From Hydrolagus affinis (lineage: Eukaryota), in the NCBI GenBank assembly GCA_012026655.1, contig JAAILG010000019.1, positions 62,001 through 126,000 on the forward strand: a stretch of DNA of 64,000 nucleotides, read 5' to 3'. Both the position numbers and the translations under genes were made by a program. The notes under the pieces were generated by a model. It had not been told where the DNA came from and made no database searches. It saw nothing but the letters and a program-made list of their open reading frames with translations. This document shows positions 11,596-24,697 of this stretch, one piece after another; the first letter of the stretch is position 1, and every line of letters starts with the position of its first letter.

Positions 11596-13419
11596 GTATT
11601 GAATCTCAGTTCAGCAAATGGAATTGCTAACAGTCTTTCAGTTCACATTAAAGCAAGCTCAAAGAGTAAAGTCCAAACCAAAGTCATATTATTTTCTCAA
11701 TAGTTGTAGCTTATTTGAAAGAAGGCTAAGGCAATGTAGAAGTGAATATTGTTCTTCGTGAGTAAACTAATGATTGCTTGCTGAATATAAATTACCATAC
11801 AAGCTAGCAATGCTGTGCTGCATCAGCTGAAGTCTTAACTGTGTGGGAGTACACAGCCTACTGTTCACATTGTGGAGCAGGAATTTTGCTGCATTGGGAG
11901 ATGTATGAAAGGATAAAAAGAGATTAGGAGTCCAATAAAGAGAAACAAGTACATGAAAGAAATGGCCAGGAAAGAGGTGGGGAGAGGGGAAACAAAGGAA
12001 GAGAGAGAGAAGCAGTACAAGCCAAGCTTGACCTGAAACAGGTCAAGAATGATGGGGAATTCCTTGAAGCTTTGAGATAAATATTGCTAGGCAAAAGGAA
12101 ATTGATAATGACCACTAGAGAAGGCTAGAATAAATGGCAATTTATTCTCACTCTGGTGGAAAGAGAGAGCCATTATAAAAGAAGCACCATGTGAGAGGAT
12201 TTTTATAAATATTTCTATAAGGACTGAGCTGAGGAGGGTGAATCTGTGAAGATGATTGGATTTTCCAAACAAAAGCACCAAAAAAATTATAATTATCTTG
12301 GTGTGTGTGGAAAGTTTGTGGAGTTTTATTGCTGATTGTGTGCACTTAATTCGTCAAAATACTTAACTGCTCGCTTGTAAGGCTGGAAAACCTTTCATCA
12401 GATAGTCAGAGTAAAGTAGGACTCTTTTTGTAAGTGTCACTCTTGTGATAAACTCGAGTCTATTGTTTTTTTTCTTAACCAGACTACAGTAGTAATTGAT
12501 GCCGAAAACAGAAGCCAATTTATTGTGGGACATGCATATACATTGGCATTTTGAAGATGTAGAGGACTTTCAGCTTTTTTTACATGAATATTTTGACATA
12601 ACTTCAAGAATTAACCAGATGAGCAGTTACCACGAAGCATACTATTTTATTTCCTGTTCTAATATTTAAGCTAAAACTTCATATAGTTATAGTTGGTGGT
12701 TCTGTTACTGTATCCAGGTCTAGTTTGCTGCTCCCAAATGGATGCTGGCGTAATCACATCTTGCCCGTTATTTGTTTGTGGCCTTTCACTGTTAAATGAT
12801 ACGGAAGCTATAATTGGGTTTCATCTGTGCAAGGAAAAATGGGCACATTTCAATCATAACTCGTGATTGAAACTATAGGCTAAATGCCTCCCTTAAAACA
12901 AATTGTGTATTTTAATATTTCTTCTCCACTCTACAGTTCGATATATTATAGCCTTTTGCAGCTAAGAGGATGAGATGGAGACTGACCACTTCACCAATCA
13001 AACCACAACTATGTGGCACATTAACTTTCCCTTCATGCAATTTAATTATATTTTGAATAACTCCAATACTTTAGCTGCATTTTACCTTGCTTGAAAAATT
13101 AATTTAAATATAACAAGCAAAAACGGTTTTGTGATTTTTGTTTGAAATTAAATTTTTGCTTCTTTTCATAATTTCCTATTTCTCTATCCTTCAATTAATT
13201 TGAAGTAATAATTTTAACTTACCTCATCTGTGCCATCAAATATTCTATGTATAGTACAGTATATCCTTGAGATCCCTCCTCTTAATCATATTTTTACATG
13301 ATAATAACATTTATTAACCTCTAATTTCAATAGTTTTACCCTTGTGATCAATCTTGTTGCAATCATTTTATCATTTTATTTATTCATTGACCACATTATG
13401 TGTACCTTGGAAGTGAGAG

Positions 13420-13480
13420 GTCTATTATTAATAAAATGGTAGAACAGGCTTGATAGGCTGAATGGTCTACTCTTGTTTCT
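13420..13480 (+). mobile_element. CR1 3' UTR tip
   Basis: aatggtagaacaggcttgataggctgaatggtctactcttgtttc resembles 2672-2720. Confidence 0.6.
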
Positions 13481-13519
13481 GTACAGTATATTATTTGTCC
13501 CTAGATTTCTACTTTTTTA

Positions 13520-14210
13520 AATTCAATTCATTGTATTATGTATACAATTTACAGCTCACATGCAGTGCTTTACATTATCAGCATTCAAATTTCATTTGTC
13601 ACCTGTCTGCCCAATTAGTTATCAGTGGAAAAATCCTTTACCCAAATACTTTCCTATATTACTGTTACTCCCCTTGTTCCCAAGTTGAACCTGTCTGTAT
13701 AGTGCAGTTAGATTTGGTCTACAAGTTCTTCATATAGGAATTGAAACTTAACTCCCAGTTTTGTCTGTGTAGGTTGAAACAAGAACGGGATGAAGCCCAG
13801 ACCCTTCCGGGACTTCACTGAAGTCTCCCCCGCATTCCCATCCCTATCTGACAATACTCCTCTGACGAGAACTTTACAATTTCTTAAACCCAACTTCTTA
13901 TCCAGTCTCCTGTTTCACCATGGATTCCCGTGGCTTTTGGTTTAATTAGAAACCTTTCATGTGGAACTGTCAAAAGCTTTCTGAAAGTCTAAATAAATTA
14001 TATCCTAAGAAGTATCACTATCTGCTCAATCTGTAACATCCTCAAACAAGTTATGGAGGTTTGCCAGGCATGATCTTTTCCATTTAAATCCATGCTGGCA
14101 GTTTTTTTTATTAAGAATTTGCCAATGAAGATGTTCCTTCAGCTTGCTTCTTTCAAAAGATTGCATTATTTTACCTACCAGAAATACAATTTTAACTGAA
14201 CGGAATATGT
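13520..14210 (-). mobile_element. CR1 LINE RT-domain relic
   Basis: Minus strand reads QHGFKWKRSCLANL...DIIYLDFQKAFD, then (frameshift) VPHERFL, which are CR1 RT motifs. Confidence 0.75.
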
Positions 14211-14702
14211 GATTAAATAAACTTCCTTCATGGTCTCATGATCACTTGCCCAGTCATGTACCATCAGTCTCTCACCCACACCGTTTGTTCCCACATAATT
14301 GCTTGTTATTATCACTTTCACCCCGGTGAAAGACTGATGCAATGTGGTTTTCTTTAGTTGATATTTTAGGATCCTAATTTATCTATGAAAATATGAAAAA
14401 TCTGAGCAAAAAATGGAGATGAGGAAACTGTTACAGTACATCAAAGGGAATTGAAGCAGAACTCACAAGATTCTAAAATAATGGCAAATAAAACTAATGT
14501 AGAAATCCAAAATCTCAAGAATACTGCTGAATTTTTTCCTATTAGTCCTTTTGTTGTGGATATCTTTTATTGACTCACTGTTGATAGGATTAATGCATAA
14601 ACATTGAAATTGTTTGTTCATGATTCACAAAGAGTGAATGTGAAAATCTGTGTGAGAATACAGTATCACTCAACGGACACAATTTGGGGTTGAGGGGGAA
14701 AT

Positions 14703-15200
14703 CAGTCAGGTGTCTGACATATGTGGAAAACCACTATCATGCTCAAGAGAATCCAAACTGAACTATGGTTTCCACATATGTATGCCACCCAGACATGTAA
14801 GCTTCTTTATTCTGAAATGAAGTACATGCTCTTTTACCCAAGATGCACTCTGTTTCCCAATTCCAGAAAGTATTAGGTGCGGATTGGCAACATCCATGAC
14901 TTGACCCAGAGTGTACCTTGGAACACTGCTTGAGTTTAATAAGCTCAAAACGCGTAGCTTGGTATTGAGAATATTGGCTGGTAAGATTCTTGCTCCTTGT
15001 CCAGCTAGGATGACCCTACCCATTAGAGCTTAGGCTTGCATGTCTAACAGAAACCAAATTGGTAGACTGCTTTCTCTCAGTGATTGTCCTATTCTTACAG
15101 GGCCAGTCTGTACAAGCTCAGGAACAGCTGCAGTGGATTGACTCAATTCTAATATTCCACTGATGAGCAGTCTTAGAGCCAGAGCAGCCCTAATGAGTCC
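14703..15200 (+). mobile_element. Old dispersed repeat (RTE-like family), copy 1
   Basis: Shares ggtgtctgaca, cccaattccagaaagtattaggtgc, tccagctag and ccattagagc with the reverse complements of 24450-24697 and 23045-23560. Confidence 0.65.
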
Positions 15201-16169
15201 CTATTTCTCATTATTTTTTCATTCTTATTTCTTGATTTTTGTGCTGGTTTCTTTGATAATCCCATTGACACTTGGATAATTTTTCCAGAACTAACATTCA
15301 ATTTTAGGAATTGATGTGGTTTCCTTTATTGTAATTACTAATATTACAGGTTCTCTTCAAATAGAGCATTGGAATTTCAACGGTATCTGTCAAAGTTGTT
15401 CTCTAGCTAAATACAGTAATACAATATACAATATTACTGAGTAATTTTGGGGTACAGTCATTTTCATACATAATACATTTAATATGGAGGTTAACATAAA
15501 TATTTGCACTGCATTTTTCTTTACATTCAATGTTGATTCGCCAGTTCAAGTGATGTTCAGATCAAATAAAAGGATCACAAAGATCATATTTTTGTTATTC
15601 AGATTCAATACATTTTACATCTGCTTAAAAATGTGAATAGCAATATTGAGCTGTGTGTGGTCTCTGTCTTCGTGCACGTGAACCGCATTCGTTTGTTGAA
15701 AATTAATTCCCCGAGCTGCTGGCAGGCAGCATGTAGTTGTTAATTATTCAGGTGGATGACAAATACAGAGCAAAGGTTCATGCAAAGACAAAGTTTGTCT
15801 GATGCATGTTCAGTAACTGATAGGCCTGACATTAAGCAGTTTCTTATTCAGGGGAAATCCTGCCATGTTCCTGCTGTGATATGTGCTCTTACTGGGGTCT
15901 TTGTGGAAGGATTGTGCCTTTTATCTTGTACCTATATTAAAAAGCGAGAAATTGTTTTTCATTTTGCCGTATTGCTATTTCAATAGATATGTAAAATAAT
16001 TGAGATATTATGAATAAAATACATTATTTCTACAATGTTCTGCTGATTATTTTTACTTCTACGGGACAGTTTCACAGCCGTCGTCCCAACTGACACCTTG
16101 TCTAAGTGGCACTTGTGAGTCTTGACAATAAGAGTTGACGGGCTACTTTATGGCAGGGAGTATGACAAC

Positions 16170-16580
16170 AACAACTTCCTTCTAACTTCCTCCTTGTCCT
16201 CACTTTCAAGGCCGTCAACGGCTTTGCTTCCCCCTATCTCTCTGACTTGCTAACCCCTTATCAACCTGTCCGCTCCCTCCTCTCAGCAGGCTCTAGCCTA
16301 CTCCATATCTCCCGCCTGACCCACCCTATCATTGGCGGCTGGCTTTCAGCTTCTCTGACCCTACTTTTTGATACTCCATCCTACAATCCCTTCGCCTTGC
16401 TTGCTCCCTTGCCTCCTTCAAGACCTTCCTCTTCGATCGTGCTTTCAGCCGCTGTCCTACCTCTCTACCCTCCCTCATCCCAACCCTGCGCCCCCTCCCT
16501 CCATTCTCGGCTCCTGACCCATGACCTTTCAGCGCCTTGGGATGTCCTCCCGACGTCAGAGGCACTCTACAAATAAACCT
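16170..16580 (+). mobile_element. L2-clade LINE 3' fragment, inserted into an older SINE-like repeat
   Basis: LTPYQPVRSLLSAGSSLLHI...GG motif; terminus cagcgccttgggatgtcctcccgacgtcagaggcactctacaaat. Confidence 0.8.
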
Positions 16581-19500
16581 GTGCTTTCTAGAAGGAATAT
16601 GTGAATAGACAACAACAGCTGAAACTACTCTCTCTACCTTCTCTAGCACACAGTGCCTGGCACAGATCCACTAACTCAGCTCAAAATTGAAACTCACAAT
16701 CTTCTAATTGTATGACCCACTGTTGCACAAGCCATGCTTTTACACCTAAAAGGGAAACTGGAGATCTTAATAAAAGAAAAATGTAATTATTGTAGGTCCA
16801 AAAACTCCGGACGTCCACAGCCCTGTGACGTCTTTCCAACGTGAAAGGTGCTATACAGGTGTAAGTTATTGACAGATGGTAATAGAAAAGTTCAAGATTT
16901 TGGTTGGATTATCTGAGTATTGGCACTAAATAAAGCAAAGTGTAAAGCTAAACCTTGGTGCCACTTAGACAAGCTGGCAAATCAAATGGACACCCCACTG
17001 TTATTACTGTTAGATTATGAGTATCGGTACAGTGTTTGTATCTCTGTTTTTATAACAAAACTATTCAGTAAATTATAATCCAAATTAATATTTAGCAAGT
17101 AAAAGAGCAAAATAGGTTTAGTATCTTGACTGATTGCGGAATTAAAATACAAATCTGCTTCTTATGCATTTTTAAACTTATGGAATGAACAGATTGAAGC
17201 ATCTTGTGTTGAACTTTGATTAGAGCATTCAGTGTCAATTGTCTCCCAAGAATGAATATTATAATTTACAAAATTATAGTGAGATTTGGTCTATTGAAAC
17301 AGTAGCTGGTAGTAAGTGCTATGAGCTGTATGTGTATGAATCAGTCATATAACTAGCTGGTGGTTTTACATGAGAAATTGAAGTTTTGTTCAGCTATTGC
17401 ACTTGTCTTAGCCATAAACCCACTAAATAAAAGAGTAGACCTGCACACTAATTAGTACTAAATTATGGTAAATTGGTGTGGTTTAGGAGTAGAAGATGTC
17501 ATCTTTGACATTTTATACATTAATTATGGTTTGAAGATGCACACGTCATCAATTTGTAGGCCTTTTTTAAAAATGCTATTTCATCCTATTCCTATTTTTG
17601 CTGCCTGAAATGTTTTGTTTAAAAAAGCCCTGCATTGCTCATGATTCGTTCTCCTTTCCAAAATTATATACTTTTAATTCTCATACATTTTAGCATTCTG
17701 ATCATCCCACTTCAGTAATTGTAGGATAAAATGTCCTTTTCTTGGCATGATCTAAGGGAAAGCATATCTTAACTTACATTTAGGGACAAAGGCAGTCCTC
17801 CTTTAGGGTGTTTTTAAAATCATTAGACTGGTGCACTCTGAACCTAGGCACTCCAGTCAGCTTCTGTTTGCCACTGGCACAGTTTCAAAGCGCAGTTGAA
17901 GCACAAACGTTGTCTTATACTCAGGGTAGAACAATTTGTTTCTGTCAATTAATGTAATATTCACTTATTGTTAATAAAACAGCATGCCATATAACAGTTA
18001 TTTCAATTACCGACATTACATTGTAGTAGCTTCAGAAGAATGTGTCTGTGACAAACACACCACTTTTAACTAAACATTTATGATTGAGTCAAGGTAATCT
18101 ACACAATGATGTCCTTGAATATGCAACATCATGATGTATACCATAGATTCTGCTTGAGAAACAAATAGAAGCAGATCTGAGGCAAAATAAAGTGGTCAGA
18201 AATTTTGCCTGACAATTGTGCACCACTGTCAGTTTCTGCTAAAGTTTTTTTTTAATGAGTCCTGGTTTGGTGCATGAAGTGCTAAACAGTGCATTGTGTG
18301 CAGTGTGAAATGTAGAACATAGAATGTGCATCATAAGAGACCTGTAACACAGCAATGTGTATGTACTGGTGTCAAGAAAAGTGGTACTTCTGCTTGAGCT
18401 CCTCTCTTTCCGCTACAGATGGAAACTCAACGGTCTATTAATGTCTGGCTCACAGGTATCTTGATGTTCTAATGAACTACACCGATATATCACTTGAGAC
18501 ACCTGTCTTTTAAATGCCTGAAAAAATAAAGCAAGATCCTGTCTGCCTTTTCACCATTCTGAATTTGTACTAGCTGAAGAACATTGCCCAAGGGCATTTT
18601 GCTCCTGACTGTTTCCATGGTGGTGTGCAGTACAGGACAGGCATTATAGGCTTGCTGTTGTGCTTGTTCCGCTGCTAAACCCTGGGTGATCATGACAGTG
18701 TCTGGGGAACAACCAATAAAGTTGGTTGCCCTAGGATAAGTTGTCCTAATCATTCTGAAATTTCAGAGAGAAAATGTGTTACCTGCCACAGCTATGTACA
18801 GTGCTATCTAAGGATTATTATTGTCTTTGTAGGTTTTATGGAATCAGCATATCATATCAGTGTGACAATTGTAATTAAATAAATAGAAATGTACAGTTTG
18901 GAAATTACTTAGAGAATATTAACACCTGCAAACATTTGTTAAAATGAAAGTGTGTTTAATTAATATTAATAATATACTGTAAGGTACAGTATAATACATA
19001 GAGTTAGCCCCATTCAGAGCACTGTTTGTGCTAGAATCCTTATCAGTTTTCTCTACAACACAAAATTCAAAGCATCATTGTAGACATTGAAATATCTGCA
19101 GTTATTTTCGAGTCGTGACTTTAAACTTTTAATTTGCTTTGGAACGTGGAGATGCAGCTCACCTATTTGTCAGATTTACTTTCTTGAAAATCATGTGCAT
19201 GTGATTGAACTCTTCAGAAACAGTTCCAGCTTATTGAAAGGTTGTACAAACTAGATAAAAGAGATCAACAAGGAAATAGGGAATAATAGTTCAAGAGAAG
19301 GCCATTTGGGTCAAAAAGTGCCATGCCTCGTTTTTGTGGAATCCACCCAACTAATTTGACTTCTTGAGGAAACATTCAGAATAAATATTTCCTGATCATC
19401 AGGAGTGATAAAGCAAAACTCAGGAATATTCAACCACATGCATATTTCTTTCCATTCAGTTATTGGTGATTATGTTCCAAAGATGCCAACCCACCTGCAG

Positions 19501-19904
19501 TCTCCACAGCAAGGGAACCATCATATTTCGTGAAGTACTTGATCATCTAAGTGCATATTTGAATTTAAACAATTTACCTTAGTACCATTGGATATTTATC
19601 TAGCTTACATTTTAACCGTATAACTTCCTATCACTGCTTTTCTATTAGCCCTGAGTGCACTTTGAGCAATGCTCATGCAGTCATTGAGTATTGATAATTA
19701 AAAATCTGCTCCCTAAGTGAGCCTGAATCTCAGATGACTTAGTTCCCAACCATTTCCACAATTCAAACTTCTGCTATTTAGGTGCTGATGCACTGGAAGT
19801 AAAATCTTTTTGATAAGTAAAAAGCTGGAAGTATGCATTCAAGTTGTCTCATTTGATTCCACTCAGAGCATTATGCATTCAAGCACATATCATATCAAGA
19901 CTTG

Positions 19905-20060
19905 AATTCATAGTCAAGGCTGACATTTTCAGTGCAGTACTGGTGGAGTTCTCTGTATGGTCCTTCAGTCAAAGTGTTAAATTGAGTGTGCAGATTGGCT
20001 GCTTCGTTTGCCCACATTGTCATTGCACCTGAAGCAATTACCTGTGAAGCACTTTTAGAT
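19905..20060 (+). mobile_element. Old Deu-type SINE fragment
   Basis: ggctgacattttcagtgcagtactg...gtgcagattggctgcttcgtttgcccaca...ctgtgaagcacttt. Confidence 0.55.
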
Positions 20061-20167
20061 AATAATAATAATAATAATCCTTGGATTTGATATTGCACTT
20101 TTCACAACTTCTAGACGTCTCAAAGCCCTTCACAGAACATACTGTAAAGTGAATTGACTGTACATTT
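20061..20167 (-). mobile_element. Young SINE 3' end
   Basis: (AAT)n then ccttggatttgatattgcacttttcac...tctagacgtctcaaagc...gtaaagtgaattgactg. Confidence 0.85.
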
Positions 20168-20445
20168 ACTTATCAAAGATGTTTAGATATTATGATGTTA
20201 TACCGTTATACCAAATGCAAGGAGTTTTTAATGTTATTGTTGTATTCATTTTCTGTTGTGCCACACTTCCACTGTTAACAGTTAAAAATGTTGCTGCCTA
20301 CTATAAGCATGTCTTCGAAAGTGGTGATGCCACACAAAGATTTTATCTCCTGAATTTGTGTGATGACGTCTCTTGATTGCCTCTTATTTATTCTGCTGTG
20401 GAATCAACACATATGTACATGTGGGAATTTGTATATATCTAAAGG

Positions 20446-20800
20446 CAGGGCCAATCATAGGGGAGGCCAGGAGGACCATTTTGCCTGAGCCTCAAGCTCA
20501 AAGAGGGCATCAAATTTAGACACTTTTTTTTAGCATTTGTTAAGTTTCGCGACTTGTTGTTTTTATGTGCCACCCTTTCAAATCAAAATGTGACACACAC
20601 TCTCAGCTCATCAAACAGGATTTAACATTTTTATTGGGTTTGTTTAAAAAATATTTTTTAAAAAATTATAATTTTCTAATATTGTAATTATTAAATATGG
20701 TGAGGCCGTGATTTGGAACCTAACCGTCATTTTTTTTTATGGCCAGGGGCCTCAAAAGTTGGAAGTGACCTAGGCCTCTCCGAACCTCTGAGAGGCCCTG
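20446..20800. mobile_element. Non-autonomous hAT-type DNA transposon (MITE), 355 bp
   Basis: Termini cagggcc / ggccctg; perfect 8-bp TSD tctaaagg at 20438-20445 and 20801-20808. Confidence 0.9.
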
Positions 20801-22659
20801 TCTAAAGGTAAATAGACTGGCACACAGGAATGGAATACTATTGTCAGATTCCTCCACTTTTGTACCATTCTTCAATCTCAGAAGGCACAAGCTTAAAGCA
20901 ATGTAAGTGAATCCTACTTAGTTGAAAAAAATGCAGTGATTTATAACTGTGGGCATAAATCTGGGACCAAATTGGAATTTTCTGAGTTTATTCAATCCAT
21001 GAACAAATTTTGATGATTTAAGGCTTGGTTTCACATAAATAAATTGTGGTGATGGAGGAGCTCAAAACTTATAATTGAGCCAATTTGCTTTTCTGTAACA
21101 TTGAAAGGGAACTAGTGTGGTAATTTTAGTGCGTGATTCAGTTCAATTATCTTCCCATCTCAAAATGAAGTTGGTTTGCTTAATCCCAAAGCAGTTTTTA
21201 AAAAAAAACTAATGAATGCTGTTCAAACGAACTACTAGTTTCAAAGTAAAATATACATGTGACATTTTATAATCTATATTGTGGAATCACGAAGCTAAAA
21301 GTAAAACTTTCAAAGAACCCTGCAAGGGAACTAAATTAATCAGCAAATGTCTAGCCTGTCTTTTCTGCCTTTAAAAATCAATTCCATGTGCACATGTGAT
21401 ATTTGAAGCAGCAGGTGAAGTGTTTGCCAGAGGAATCCCTTAGGGGCAAGACAACTCAAATGCATAAATCCTTTTTGTTAGCAAGAAGCATATTTAGTTG
21501 AATTAGAAATGTAATTTATGGGACATTTCATCCAAAGTTCCATATATGCACAGATTTTGACAGTACAGTTGTACCGCCAATAAATTCCCCAAGTTACTTT
21601 ACAGCGCTGATTATTTCTAAACTGGGGCATTCACTCATTGAGGCAATGCAATGACCAGTTATTTTAAGAGCCTGGCTGTTGACTTCACAGGGATGTAATT
21701 TTTCAGCCTTTAACTATTTGCATTTATAATTCTGTGGCTTGCAGTTTAATGTACTTCAACCCGCATAATCGTTTTGTAAAAAATTACTCCATCCTGTTGC
21801 AAATCACGTAAATATTTAAGAAAGCATCCGATTACTTGATTTGGAAATCCCTCTTCAAGGTTACTTGCTGTGAAATTCTGTGCCTCTTGTTTTGCAAACA
21901 TTTTGATGTTGTAATTACAGAGTTCTTTTGCAGTTGGATTAAACAAGCAACTGAAGTTAACTGTGGGGTTGCAGTGGCTGGAACGTTGCCATTTATACAT
22001 GAACTGCATTTCATTGAAATTGGACTGGTTAGCTTTCACACAGAAATCACCTTGTTTTATATTTGATTTAGAATGGTCAGCAAATTGAGTTGTTGTACCA
22101 TGTTGAAAATTGAACAACAAAGATTTCAGTCACTTGGTACTTGTGATCTCTTTCCACAATAAGTGATATGCAGTACATGACTGGTTTCATAACTATGATT
22201 CTGTTGTCATAGAAAGTTGTCTGCTTGTAATCATCAATGGGATTGTTGATCATTTGTATCAACCTTTTTAACCTGAAATTCTACGCACAGCTCACAACTG
22301 ATGCTTTCATTTTGTAAAATAATCCATGACATAAATATTTTTGACTCCACATCAATTTTCTTTCTAATCGTGAATTGTGGATAAACTCTGAATAAATGTA
22401 AAGAAGAAATTGCACGAATAGAATATTCAGATTGCAGAAACATTGATCAAACTATTTGGTATGAGTGAGACATCCAATTCAATGCTAATAAGCATTGATC
22501 AAAGTTTTTAGTCTTTCCAAAGGTTTACATGTCTGATTTTGCTTTGACGTACAATTAGTTAAACAAACCTATTTATTTACTATTAAACATCAAACACTAA
22601 ACATCAATGTTTCTGGTACATCACAAGTTGACCTGCAAAGGTTTTCCAATTATGCTAAT

Positions 22660-23560
22660 GGCAGGTGTCCCTTGAATACCTGATGGGGAAATTCTGGGGC
22701 TTTGGATAACAACTGCTGGAAGCGATAACTTAGGTTCCTAAACACAGACTCATATGTCCAGGTTTTGGTATCTACATTGATTGGTAAGCAGCTGTTGCTG
22801 GAGCTGCTAAAACAGAAGTGCTTTGTTCCACCAAATGGTGTAACCACCTCTGAATGGATGGGAGTGTGTGTCCAAGTTATGGGCACAAGGATAGTGCCAA
22901 TGTTCTCAAGCAATTTGTGCTGAGTTTTGCTGCTCAATAAGAGTTGCTCTTATCTGCTGTCCACCTAGAGTCTGCTCAAAGCTGGGCTTGTCAGATGTCT
23001 AATGAACAACTCGTGACCATCTCCTTGGAGGAGAAGGTAAGTGGAGTCTCTTGAAAGCTGAGCTGGCTTCTGGCCAATATGCCTGGTAATTAATATCGCA
23101 ATTGAGTTGATCCTCTGTGGCGGTTTTGGTTATCACATTCCTGATCGAGGCGGGTCTGCAATGCTCCAAATTGTTATTGATGACAGGCTAGTCAGCCTGA
23201 CTGCAATGCAGGATTTGGAGGGGCATATCAGCCACTGGTAGCAGGGATGCTTGCCATTCACTTCCTACTCTTGTTAACCCAGTAAGGCAATGCTCTAATG
23301 GTATACTTCCCGTCTAGCTGGATAAGGAGTGGGAATCATGCCAAACAGTGCTCACAATAGTAAGCTATGTGGTTTTAGCTGGTAAAGCGTGACTTTGTCA
23401 TCCTGTACCTAAAACTTTATGGAATTGTGTAATCAGGGTGTGTCCCCCTGGAAGTGAATACATATTCCATTCCAGACAAATGGAAATTTCCATGGGTGGT
23501 TGATGCGGATATGTGGAACGTGAGCTAGTATGAATACTCTTAAGCTTAGCAATAGCTTGC
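22660..23560 (-). mobile_element. Old RTE-like LINE relic, longest copy of the four-copy family
   Basis: Minus-strand remnants ASSAFKRL, CLRTL and QRWLHHLVE resemble the RTE ORF2 motifs ASxAFGRL, CLRRIL and RWLGH in the correct order; 23045-23560 aligns with 14730-15200. Confidence 0.5.
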
Positions 23561-24269
23561 TACCTATTGTTTCTGTAGAGATTAAATTTTTTCCATAATA
23601 CATTTTCTAATAAATGACTTCAAAGCACCTTTTATGCATTTGAAGATGATACTCGAATTTCCCATCAAATATTAACATCATATTTGACTATTTGATCCAT
23701 TTGTTGTTTGTAAACAACTGGATTAGTGGGTATGGTGCATTTTTGACTTCTCATATAGTCCTATTATCTCATAATAATAATAATCTGATAAATGGACAGA
23801 CAATCTGCATTTCTATTCTTATATATCACAAATCATTACAAGAAGCAATAATACCCAGAAGGGATTCAGGAGTGAAAACTAATTAAGCCCAAATAGCAGA
23901 ACTAAATGCTTCATCCAGCAGATCTTTACTTCTTACTGTTTGCCTTTGTGTAAATTCTAGAACATAGTGCTATAAATTGCAGTACCTTCACTCCGGGGTG
24001 TTAGCAATCTTCAAAGATCATTCTCCCTCCCCAGTCCAAAGGAAACTACAATATTAAACTACCATAGTATTGACTGTACCATTCTCCCACTGTATAATTA
24101 CCAGCTGAAGTAAAATAACCAATATTTGGATATTATATATGTGTATAAGTGCACTGCATGACAGCCGTGTATATGAGGCTAGACAATTCAACATGGCAAT
24201 TCAGTATTAAAATTGTATTTGTGATTGCAGTCAAGATTATACCATCTGTTCTTTTCTCAAGATCACCAG

Positions 24270-24435
24270 AGAACTACGGATGAAGTAGGCTGTTTGGCCA
24301 ATTTGATCTCATGCTTTCAGAATACCCTCCTTACTTTCCCATTACAGCTGCAAGCTGTTTCTTAAATGAGTGCAGTATCCTGGACTCAACCACCTTTCTT
24401 GTTAACTTGTTCCAGCTGTTCATTACCTTCTGTGG
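24270..24435 (-). mobile_element. CR1 3' end fragment
   Basis: gaagtaggctgtttggcc...tttcttaaatgag...actcaaccacc...ttgttccag...accttctgtg. Confidence 0.6.
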
Positions 24436-24449
24436 AGCAATGGCAAGCT

Positions 24450-24697
24450 ATGTGATTTCAGATGGTTTACTCCAGCAGTACTCCAACTTGCACTCTGGGG
24501 TCCTTGTCAAGTTGGCACCTAATACTTTCTGGAATTGGGTAAGCAGGATTCATCCCTCCAGGGAGAGAGTGTGCATTCCATTCCAACAATCTTTCTGTGG
24601 AATTTCCATGTGTAGGTGGGATACGTGGAATTCTTAGTTTGGTTTGGATTCTGTTCATTGTGATGGGTTTACACATGTGTCAGACACCACGCTGACC
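24450..24697 (-). mobile_element. Old dispersed repeat (RTE-like family), copy 3
   Basis: gcacctaatactttctggaattggg is the exact reverse complement of the core near 14856-14880. Confidence 0.65.
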
